33,709 bases of DNA from an uncultured Gammaproteobacteria bacterium (GTDB lineage: Bacteria; Patescibacteriota; Microgenomatia; Levybacterales; UBA12049): contig CAYXTY010000003.1 of assembly GCA_964468505.1 (NCBI GenBank), positions 1-33,709 of the forward strand, given 5' to 3'. The position numbers and the translations under genes were made by a program. Below are positions 26,733 through 33,406 of this stretch, piece by piece (positions within the stretch are counted from its first letter, which is position 1; each line of letters starts with the position of its first letter). A model generated the notes under the pieces. That model searched no databases. It was not told the origin of the DNA and was given only the letters and a program-made list of their open reading frames with translations.

Positions 26733-27853
26733 TGAAAACTCTTTTCAAATATGAAAAGCATTTGATTCTAATTTCTGTTCTTTTAATTTTCTTGATTGGA
26801 GGAATTGGTGTCGTAGTTATTTTAAACACCAAAGAAAATAATTTTACGAAAATGATTAGCCAAAATTCTATCGCTCCAGATGAGAAAAAAGAGCTTTTAG
26901 TAAAAGGCTCAATTCCATATTGGGAACAGGAAAATGCAGTCAGCTCTTTTAAGGAAAATAAAGAATCCTTTGATTATATAAATGTGTTTTGGTATTACCT
27001 TAATAGTGATGGGTCAATTCAAAAATATGAATATGCAAATGAAGATGAGGAGTTAATCAGATTTGCTCATGAAAATAATGTAAAGGTAAGCGCAGTAATT
27101 ACTAATTTAGGTGAGAATCCGGATAGATGGGATTCAGGTAGAGTGGAAAATGTTATTAACTCTTCAGAGAATAGAAAAAATCACATTAATCAAATAATTA
27201 GTAAATTAAAAGAAAAAAATTTCGACGGAATAATTATTGATTACGAACTTCTTAGGCAATCCACTCGAAATAATTACACCATTTTTATAAAGGAATTATC
27301 CCTGGAAATGAAAAAGCAAAATAAAATTCTTACTGTAGTTCTTCATCCTAAAACTGGAGAGAATGTAAAAGGGGAATCTGTTAGTAGGTATCAGGATTGG
27401 TTTCAGTTAGCCCAGCATGCTGACCAAATTCAAATAATGGGATATAGCCAGCATACGGATGAAGACGCTGCGGGTCCGATTGCAGGGATTGGCTGGGTAG
27501 AAAAAATTGCCGATTATACTTTAAGTCTAGGAATTGATCCAGGAAAAGTGTTTCTAGGAATTCCTCTTTATGGATATGATTGGAATACGAATTCTAATGA
27601 AAGCGCGAAGGGTTTAACTTTTGAGGAAGCCCAAAGCTTGTTGGTAAAGGAAAACGCGACACTGGAATTTGACCAGATTCAAAAATCTCCAATGTTTCGT
27701 TACGGCTCTCATGAGGTTTGGTTTGAGAATAGCCAAAGTGTAAAAGAAAAAGCAGACCTTGCATATAGGGTGGGATTTGCGGGAGTAACATTTTGGAGAC
27801 TTGGTGGGGAAGACCAATCTGTTTGGCGCATGCTAGACGAAAGCTATAATTAG
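26732..27853 (+). CDS. Membrane-anchored glycoside hydrolase family 18 (chitinase/YaaH-like)
   Basis: 373 aa. N-terminal TM helix. FDGIIIDYE (nt 27221-27247) is the GH18 DGxDxDxE catalytic motif. TAATG overlap with the WbqC-like gene. Confidence 0.8.
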   Translation: MKTLFKYEKHLILISVLLIFLIGGIGVVVILNTKENNFTKMISQNSIAPDEKKELLVKGSIPYWEQENAVSSFKENKESFDYINVFWYYLNSDGSIQKYEYANEDEELIRFAHENNVKVSAVITNLGENPDRWDSGRVENVINSSENRKNHINQIISKLKEKNFDGIIIDYELLRQSTRNNYTIFIKELSLEMKKQNKILTVVLHPKTGENVKGESVSRYQDWFQLAQHADQIQIMGYSQHTDEDAAGPIAGIGWVEKIADYTLSLGIDPGKVFLGIPLYGYDWNTNSNESAKGLTFEEAQSLLVKENATLEFDQIQKSPMFRYGSHEVWFENSQSVKEKADLAYRVGFAGVTFWRLGGEDQSVWRMLDESYN

Positions 27854-29106
27854 TTTTTCTGTCTCTCTGGAGACTTCCATTTTCCTTCTGATTTTCCAAA
27901 AAATCCTGGATATATTGAAGAGAGAAGTGCCAGGGAAGTGGCATAGTGCATGAAGATAAAAAAGAATCCATAAAAAATAAATTGTGGTTTTCTAAGCCAA
28001 AGACCCACCACTACAGTTAATATATAGTCTATTAAAAATATGCTTATAAAAAGATCTGAAAGCGTATAGCTTTCGTAAAATGGCAGCGATTCATAAAAAC
28101 CGATAATTGGCTGAATTGGTCCTATGCTAAAAAAATTAGAAAAAGTTGATAATAAAATGAGAGGAAGGATTAATAAAAATATTGAGTGTAGTAATATCTC
28201 AAATGAAAATACCCCAAGAGCTAACCAGAAAAAACTAGGCCAGACTCCATTCTTTTTTACTGTCTGAAAAAATCCTATGTTCCAGCGCCTTACTTGTTTC
28301 CAATAGTCAGTGAATGTTTGAGGATATTGATCCCAGCCAATCATTCTTGGTTCATAACCAATTTTTCCTAATTTTTTTTTGTGAAATTGAAATGCCAAAT
28401 TAAAGTCTTCTATTAAAAGTCCAGGTGTATCTATTTCAAGTTTTTTCAATGTGTCTGAGCGATAAATTGTTGCAAAGCCCGGAATAACATAATTAACGTT
28501 TGTGTGTTTCCAAGTTTGACCATATACAAAGCAGTAAGAAAGCAACCGATTTAATCGATCGCGATATGACATAAAATAGTAAGCTTTTCTTGGCAGGAGA
28601 TGTTTTGGCCATTTAATCTGTGAACTTGCGAAAACTACTTTTATATCTTTGTCATTAAAAAGGGGAAGAGCGTATTTTAAGCAATCCTCATCCATTTTAG
28701 TGTCAGCGTCAACAATAAAAATTAATTTATATCTTTTAAACAGATTATATTTAACAAAAAGATGCTTAAGAGCTTTTGCTTTTCCAAGACCGGGGTTTAG
28801 CTGTGAGACATTCGCTCCTTCTTTTTTTGCTTGATCTTTAGTGTTGTCTGTTGATCCATCGGAAACTACATAAATTTGTCTGACTGGTACAGATTTTCTA
28901 ACAGCTTTTATGCACCCCCTAATTACGAGAGATTCATTGTGTGCGGGAATTACGACTGCAATGTCTTTTACGCTAAATCTATTTTTTTTTGGTTTTGCTT
29001 TTTCTTCTCCTCTGACATTTTCGGAAACAAATCTAACAAGTCCTATAAATGTCCAGAAAGCAATACTAAGTCCTACCGGTAGACCAAAAGGTGTAATTGG
29101 TTTCAT
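27850..29106 (-). CDS. Processive GT2 polysaccharide synthase (PgaC/NodC/chitin-synthase-like)
   Basis: 418 aa from ATG 29106. VVIPAHNE, VVSDGSTDNT, IVDADT, LIEDFNL and QVRRW (nt 28282-28296). TM helices at both ends. The track start 29157 is a TTG that coincides with the -35 hexamer. Confidence 0.8.
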   Translation of the reverse strand: MKPITPFGLPVGLSIAFWTFIGLVRFVSENVRGEEKAKPKKNRFSVKDIAVVIPAHNESLVIRGCIKAVRKSVPVRQIYVVSDGSTDNTKDQAKKEGANVSQLNPGLGKAKALKHLFVKYNLFKRYKLIFIVDADTKMDEDCLKYALPLFNDKDIKVVFASSQIKWPKHLLPRKAYYFMSYRDRLNRLLSYCFVYGQTWKHTNVNYVIPGFATIYRSDTLKKLEIDTPGLLIEDFNLAFQFHKKKLGKIGYEPRMIGWDQYPQTFTDYWKQVRRWNIGFFQTVKKNGVWPSFFWLALGVFSFEILLHSIFLLILPLILLSTFSNFFSIGPIQPIIGFYESLPFYESYTLSDLFISIFLIDYILTVVVGLWLRKPQFIFYGFFFIFMHYATSLALLSSIYPGFFGKSEGKWKSPERQKN

Positions 29107-29128
29107 TTTTTTGAGGCAGAGTATTGAG

Positions 29129-29157
29129 ATTCTAAAGGGAGGATTTAGTCTTGTCAA
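29129..29157 (-). promoter_or_regulatory. Putative promoter of the GT2 synthase
   Basis: Reverse strand reads TTGACA (29157-29152), 17-nt spacer, TAGAAT (29134-29129), then a 22-nt leader without SD. Confidence 0.45.
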
Positions 29158-29168
29158 GAAAAATTATA

Positions 29169-29197
29169 TTGACTGCTGATAAATTTAGGAGTATTTT
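29169..29197 (+). promoter_or_regulatory. Putative promoter of hypothetical gene 29205
   Basis: TTGACT 29169-29174, 17-nt spacer, TATTTT 29192-29197, then 7 nt to ATG 29205. Confidence 0.35.
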
Positions 29198-29204
29198 GAG
29201 TTTA

Positions 29205-29696
29205 ATGGCTGTTATCGAAGCATATTTGGGGCATTTAAATAGACAAGCTGAAATGGCTAAATATCAGAAAATGGCAAGACTTCTTACTCTTTCTCAGAGA
29301 GATGCTGTTATCTCTCTTCTTCCTGTAATTCCAGAAGTAAATGACAAGACCAGGGTGGTTTTTAATGGTGCGCAGGTAGCTCTAATTGGTCAGGTTGTAG
29401 ATAGATTTGTAAATGGACAAATCGAGGGTAAAGGGGTTGATCTTATAGTTGCAAATAATTCTGCTCCAGGACCGCATCTAGAAGGTTTATCCGAATTTGT
29501 TGCTGGAGAAATTTTTTTAATGAGTAGTGGAAATATTAGAACAATTCACGAGACACCAGTTTATAGAATTCTATCAAGTGATGGGGATGACCCAGCAAGA
29601 ATAATTTTAAGTACAGAAAGGGTAGATGATAGGCGTAAGGTTAAGTCTTCTAGGGATCCAGGAAATATGACATATGTTAACCTAAGTTTAGGATAG
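29205..29696 (+). CDS. Hypothetical protein (163 aa), no recognisable family
   Basis: Long open frame. I prefer ATG 29205 because of the promoter spacing and because the upstream 54 nt are AT-rich. The alternative is TTG 29151, which is preceded by GGGAGG (29137-29142). Confidence 0.5.
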   Translation: MAVIEAYLGHLNRQAEMAKYQKMARLLTLSQRDAVISLLPVIPEVNDKTRVVFNGAQVALIGQVVDRFVNGQIEGKGVDLIVANNSAPGPHLEGLSEFVAGEIFLMSSGNIRTIHETPVYRILSSDGDDPARIILSTERVDDRRKVKSSRDPGNMTYVNLSLG

Positions 29697-29706
29697 TAAA
29701 AATAAA

Positions 29707-29713
29707 GGAGGTG
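29707..29713 (+). promoter_or_regulatory. Shine-Dalgarno site
   Basis: GGAGGTG, then 6 nt to ATG 29720. Confidence 0.65.
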
Positions 29714-29719
29714 AAAAAT

Positions 29720-29890
29720 ATGAAAGATAACGCTGGGCTATCAGCCATTTACTGCACGGGAATAATTGGTGCAGCGATTTATTATATTCAGGTAACTTCG
29801 GGATTTCAGGAGACTATTTGGGGTCTAATAAAAGCTCTATTCTGGCCAGGAGTTTTCGTTTACGAAGTAATGAAAATGCTAAGCCTCTAG
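29720..29890 (+). CDS. 56-aa two-helix membrane peptide (not in the supplied ORF track)
   Basis: Hand translation: MKDNAGLSAIYCTGIIGAAIYYIQVTSGFQETIWGLIKALFWPGVFVYEVMKMLSL*. Strong SD. It resembles small conserved peptides with a ..YxxQ..GFW....KAxxWP..VY pattern, but that resemblance is from memory only. Confidence 0.6.
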   Translation: MKDNAGLSAIYCTGIIGAAIYYIQVTSGFQETIWGLIKALFWPGVFVYEVMKMLSL

Positions 29891-29898
29891 AAATATCC

Positions 29899-29926
29899 TT
29901 GACTCTTCTTGAAAAGCTGGGATAAT
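29899..29926 (+). promoter_or_regulatory. Putative promoter of the Nudix gene
   Basis: TTGACT 29899-29904, 16-nt spacer ending in TGG, GATAAT 29921-29926, then 8 nt to ATG 29935. Confidence 0.5.
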
Positions 29927-29934
29927 AGCCCCTT

Positions 29935-30459
29935 ATGATTGAAGGCGAAAGAGAAAGACTTCTAAGAATTATTGTCCCGTCGGTTCAGGCTGTTCTTTTA
30001 AGACCAGGCGATAACGATATGGAAATTTTTCTAGGACTTAGGGCAACAAAGAGCCATCATCTGCAGTGGGCTCCTCCTGGAGGAAAAGTTGATCCTGGAG
30101 AGACAGACCAACTTGCAGCAATTAGAGAAGCGAGAGAAGAGGCGGGGGTGTATTTGGATTCAAATAGATTAATTTATTTTAAAGACATGCCAGTTTCACA
30201 TATAAGTGGATTTATGGATGGTCAATCAGTTTTATTTCAAAGTGCTGTAAGAGTATTTTTGGTTGATGCAAGGAATCTTGAACCTTTTAATGCATCGCCT
30301 AGAGAACATGTTGAGATGAAGTGGATGAGGGTTAGTGACGCACTGGATATGCACGAAAGAATTTTATCGTCAAGACCTGACATGCAAGATAGGCATTCCA
30401 TTCCCGGCACTCTTACTCAGGGTACAGCAAAAACAGTCAAATGGCTTTTGGGAAAATAA
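29935..30459 (+). CDS. Nudix hydrolase (stand-alone)
   Basis: 174 aa. GGKVDPGETDQLAAIREAREEAGV is a complete Nudix box. Confidence 0.85.
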   Translation: MIEGERERLLRIIVPSVQAVLLRPGDNDMEIFLGLRATKSHHLQWAPPGGKVDPGETDQLAAIREAREEAGVYLDSNRLIYFKDMPVSHISGFMDGQSVLFQSAVRVFLVDARNLEPFNASPREHVEMKWMRVSDALDMHERILSSRPDMQDRHSIPGTLTQGTAKTVKWLLGK

Positions 30460-30484
30460 ATACTTAAATTAATTTTCTTGGGTT

Positions 30485-30493
30485 TGATACAAT
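30485..30493 (+). promoter_or_regulatory. Extended -10 promoter of membrane-protein gene 30500
   Basis: TGaTACAAT 30485-30493, then 6 nt to ATG 30500. Confidence 0.45.
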
Positions 30494-30499
30494 CGATTT

Positions 30500-31090
30500 A
30501 TGATCAGTGAAAACTTCGTTTACCTTGCCCTCGTAATCACAATTATCGGTAGCCTAGGGTATTTAATTAAAACTCTTCAGGGGAAAGTTCAACCAAATCG
30601 TGTCACATGGTTTTTGTGGGCTACAGTTCCATTGATCGCATTCGCGGCGCAGTTAGATCAGGTAGAAGGTCCGCAAAAACTATTAACTCTTTTCGTGGGC
30701 CTTGATCCGCTTTTAATTTTTCTGGCCTCATTTATAAATAAAAAAGCATACTGGAAAGCAGAAAAGAGAGATTATTTTTTTGGAGGACTTTCAATTATAG
30801 GATTAGTTCTTTGGCTAACAACTGGAGTAGGGAATATCGCAATTCTATTTAGTATTATTGCTGATCTACTCGCTGCAGTTCCTACTTTAATTAAATCTTA
30901 TCGAAATCCAGAGACAGAAAGTTCTATTGGATTCGTTGCTCCTGCGATAGGATCTTTTATAACTATTTTAACAATCAAGGAATGGGATTTCGCGACTTAC
31001 AGTTTCCCTATTTACATACTCATAATTTGCTCAGTTCTAAGTTTTCTCATTATTTCTAAAATTGGTAAAAAACTTTCCCCCATAAGATAA
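30500..31090 (+). CDS. 7-TM membrane protein, degenerate PQ-loop/SWEET-like two-repeat architecture
   Basis: 196 aa, about 7 hydrophobic helices. Each half has a similar post-helix motif: GYLIKTLQGKVQPNRVTW and VPTLIKSYRNPETESSIGF. The family call is tentative. Confidence 0.6.
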   Translation: MISENFVYLALVITIIGSLGYLIKTLQGKVQPNRVTWFLWATVPLIAFAAQLDQVEGPQKLLTLFVGLDPLLIFLASFINKKAYWKAEKRDYFFGGLSIIGLVLWLTTGVGNIAILFSIIADLLAAVPTLIKSYRNPETESSIGFVAPAIGSFITILTIKEWDFATYSFPIYILIICSVLSFLIISKIGKKLSPIR

Positions 31091-31092
31091 CA

Positions 31093-31122
31093 TTGACCCA
31101 GTCTTATAGTAAATTGTATAAT
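31093..31122 (+). promoter_or_regulatory. Putative promoter of the methyltransferase gene
   Basis: TTGACC 31093-31098, 18-nt spacer, TATAAT 31117-31122, then 8 nt to ATG 31131. Confidence 0.5.
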
Positions 31123-31130
31123 TTACGCTT

Positions 31131-31946
31131 ATGGTTTCTGAAATATTTGATGGTCGTGGTCAAGATGGTGGAAGTCCGAAACAGCGCATTTTAGTTCCTT
31201 TAGCTCAAGTAGAAGATGGAGCAAATTTGGTTGTGGCAAGAAGCGTAGGTGAATATACTCCTAACCCAAATGTGCCTCATGGATATAGTCTTCATCCAGA
31301 ATTTTCTCATCTTAGAATAGAAATTGGTGGGAATGGACGTCCTCATGCTCTAGTTAGTCCTAGGGGTGAAAGTATTCTCTTAACAAACAGATACTTCGAC
31401 CAGACAGACCTATCATTAAATGGATATCTCTCGCATGGCTTAAATAGATTGGGTAATTCTGAGGCAGAATCTGTTTCAATTCTTGAGATAGGCGGAGGAA
31501 ATGAATCAACTTGCGCTGTTCAAATTGGAGCAGGGGATAATAGATTTCAAGTAACTAACGTAGATATTTTATTAAAAGACACAGTTGAGGCATGGGGACC
31601 AGCTCCTAGAAATGTCAGACCAATTCTGGGAGATGCCAGAAATCTACCTGTTCCTGATGGTTCGCAGGATCTAGTGTATTCCTCTAGGCTTCTAATGTAT
31701 TTAGAGGAGGAGGACTTTATAGCAGCATTTAGGGAAATCGTGAGAGTTATGAAGACCGGGGGTGAAGCTGTATTATTTGATTTCCCGTATGAAGGTGGAA
31801 GAACAACCCGCTTAACACAGAGATTGTCATGGGAGCTAGGGGTAGATGTTTTTGACTGGGATTTGGAGAGTGATATAGGAATAGGATATGTTTTGTTAGT
31901 TTCCAAGCCTGAAAAAACAGCTCGGCAAGTGCCTGTAGGAAGTTAG
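31131..31946 (+). CDS. Unknown N-terminal domain (~110 aa) fused to a class I SAM-dependent methyltransferase
   Basis: 271 aa. Motif I ILEIGGGNE, acidic TNVD, GDARNLPVPDGSQDLVYSS and MKTGGEAVL. Confidence 0.75.
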   Translation: MVSEIFDGRGQDGGSPKQRILVPLAQVEDGANLVVARSVGEYTPNPNVPHGYSLHPEFSHLRIEIGGNGRPHALVSPRGESILLTNRYFDQTDLSLNGYLSHGLNRLGNSEAESVSILEIGGGNESTCAVQIGAGDNRFQVTNVDILLKDTVEAWGPAPRNVRPILGDARNLPVPDGSQDLVYSSRLLMYLEEEDFIAAFREIVRVMKTGGEAVLFDFPYEGGRTTRLTQRLSWELGVDVFDWDLESDIGIGYVLLVSKPEKTARQVPVGS

Positions 31947-31948
31947 TT

Positions 31949-32572
31949 TTAGCCTCTATAGCCTCTTCTTTGGCCAAATACATCATTGCTTGCGATAGGC
32001 GCAGAAAAATCTTTAATCCGTAAGGTTCTTGTGACACTGCCAAATCTTGGTTGAACTGGGCCAGTAACATGATCTAAAAAATTCCCAGGAGCAATAGGTC
32101 TATTAGGATCAAACGGAGGCGGAGCAGTGGGATCTTGATAAGTTTGGGTAACAGCTTCTGGTTCAGGACGGACTAATTGCTGTGTGAAAAGTGTGGCATA
32201 GTCGCTAGGGGATCTAAAAGTCATGGTAGGATTTAATCCGCGAAGGGTCGAAAGGAATTCATCCATTCTACTTCGCTCAACTGGTGACAGAAAAGGATAG
32301 TTGTCAATTCTTGCGAGTGTAACTAATTTTACATCGAGAATTCTTTTAGTCATTTGATCTCGCATGTGAGCAACTTGTTTTTCTGAAAGCCCTGTTAAAT
32401 CAATTCCACTGATTACAGCTTCTGCCATGGATGCATCAATAGCGTCGTGTCTTTTTCTAGTAGGATCCTCTGGATCAGGTTCAGCAAGTTTTAAGACAAT
32501 AGCATCATCTACAGCCTTCCAATCCACAGGATCTTTTTCTTTTTTTCCTCTTCTGGGTTCTTGGTCTACCAT
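31949..32572 (-). CDS. Hypothetical protein (207 aa), charged N-terminus and Pro-rich C-terminal half
   Basis: Long ORF with a consensus promoter placed exactly for a leaderless ATG. No family recognised. Confidence 0.6.
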   Translation of the reverse strand: MVDQEPRRGKKEKDPVDWKAVDDAIVLKLAEPDPEDPTRKRHDAIDASMAEAVISGIDLTGLSEKQVAHMRDQMTKRILDVKLVTLARIDNYPFLSPVERSRMDEFLSTLRGLNPTMTFRSPSDYATLFTQQLVRPEPEAVTQTYQDPTAPPPFDPNRPIAPGNFLDHVTGPVQPRFGSVTRTLRIKDFSAPIASNDVFGQRRGYRG

Positions 32573-32580
32573 AGTGGACT

Positions 32581-32609
32581 TTTATACTACTTTAAGCTTT
32601 TCCTGTCAA
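32581..32609 (-). promoter_or_regulatory. Putative promoter of gene 32572(-)
   Basis: Reverse strand reads TTGACA (32609-32604), 17-nt spacer, TATAAA (32586-32581), then 8 nt to the ATG. Confidence 0.55.
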
Positions 32610-32621
32610 ATAAAATTTGCC

Positions 32622-32649
32622 TTGACACTTAAGTAAAAGAGAATATAAT
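32622..32649 (+). promoter_or_regulatory. Putative promoter of gene 32657
   Basis: TTGACA 32622-32627, 16-nt spacer, TATAAT 32644-32649, then 7 nt to ATG 32657. Confidence 0.6.
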
Positions 32650-32656
32650 CCGCAAT

Positions 32657-33406
32657 ATGACGCATGGCCCTGAGGATCAACCCTTAAGCTTGGAGCAGCT
32701 ACTAGCAGGAACAAATCTATCTGGATTAAGAGATGGTCTTTGGCAAGTAGGTGCAGATAGCGGGAATGTTCCTGGACAGAAAGAGAAATACAGACTATCA
32801 AGTGGTTTGACTGAAGTAGGATTGTTGATCAATGCAGATAAAGCCTCACTTGTTTGGGATGCCACGATACCAGATTATATGTCGCCTGGCCAAGGACGAT
32901 TGAAGTTCTCGGAATTTTTACAATGGGCACTGGTAAGATTGCCGTCAGGTTTTTATCCCTCAGGAAGGTCAAATACAGAATTGAGACGTGTGTATCAGGA
33001 GGATACAGAAATAGATTTAATTTTTGATGATAAGGTAGGAACATATAAATTGGGTACAGAAGAGGGGATGGCAGACTTAGTGCTGGATTTTGTAAGGCCG
33101 CAGGAGCCAATAAGAAGATCACGGGTTAGGGCTTCAAATACAGCCGGCTCGAACTCATATACTTTAGATATTAGATACGCAGATTCTTTAAATGATACTC
33201 CTACCATGTCTTTAGCTTTTCCTTTAAATCTTCAAACTGGAAAAGCTTTCACTCCATACGCTATGCAATGGGTTTTAGGCGCGAATAAAAATATTCCTCC
33301 AAAAGAAAAAACGGGGGATATGGCCAAAGATTTAAGTGCCGCGATTGGTTTTCGTATAACTGAAGCAGTAACAAATGGGCCTTTTTATGGTTATCCAATA
33401 CGATAA
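32657..33406 (+). CDS. Hypothetical protein (249 aa), no recognisable family
   Basis: Long ORF with a perfect consensus promoter and leaderless spacing. Confidence 0.6.
   Translation: MTHGPEDQPLSLEQLLAGTNLSGLRDGLWQVGADSGNVPGQKEKYRLSSGLTEVGLLINADKASLVWDATIPDYMSPGQGRLKFSEFLQWALVRLPSGFYPSGRSNTELRRVYQEDTEIDLIFDDKVGTYKLGTEEGMADLVLDFVRPQEPIRRSRVRASNTAGSNSYTLDIRYADSLNDTPTMSLAFPLNLQTGKAFTPYAMQWVLGANKNIPPKEKTGDMAKDLSAAIGFRITEAVTNGPFYGYPIR

Noticed and set aside
4466-28834. Other short antisense or alternate-frame track ORFs: 4466-4657, 4980-5180, 5855-6052, 10765-11079, 14180-14419, 15683-15916, 16895-17308, 19998-20207, 21458-21658, 22895-23119, 24374-24580, 25870-26100, 26219-26461, 27594-27971, 27614-27817 and 28649-28834.
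   Set aside because: Each is nested in a longer ORF with clear family motifs. None has a promoter or SD at the right distance. The 137-aa frame at 16895-17308 is the longest, but it runs antisense across the ABC ATPase-permease junction.
29107-29157. Track start (TTG 29157) giving a 435-aa GT2.
   Set aside because: That TTG is the first half of a TTGACA hexamer with a TAGAAT -10 box 17 nt downstream. ATG 29106 follows and begins right before the first TM helix, so I read 29107-29157 as promoter, not coding.
28876-29179. Plus-strand ORFs 28876-29082 and 28910-29179, opposite the GT2 5' end.
   Set aside because: They are shadow frames of the GT2 gene with Phe-rich nonsense translations.
31547-33207. 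Several 60-120-aa antisense ORFs in the higher-GC block: 31547-31906, 31747-32070, 32427-32636, 32592-32801, 32677-32865, 32829-33122 and 32995-33207.
   Set aside because: Higher GC lowers stop-codon frequency, so long shadow frames are expected. The promoter and ATG geometry supports the frames I called, not these.
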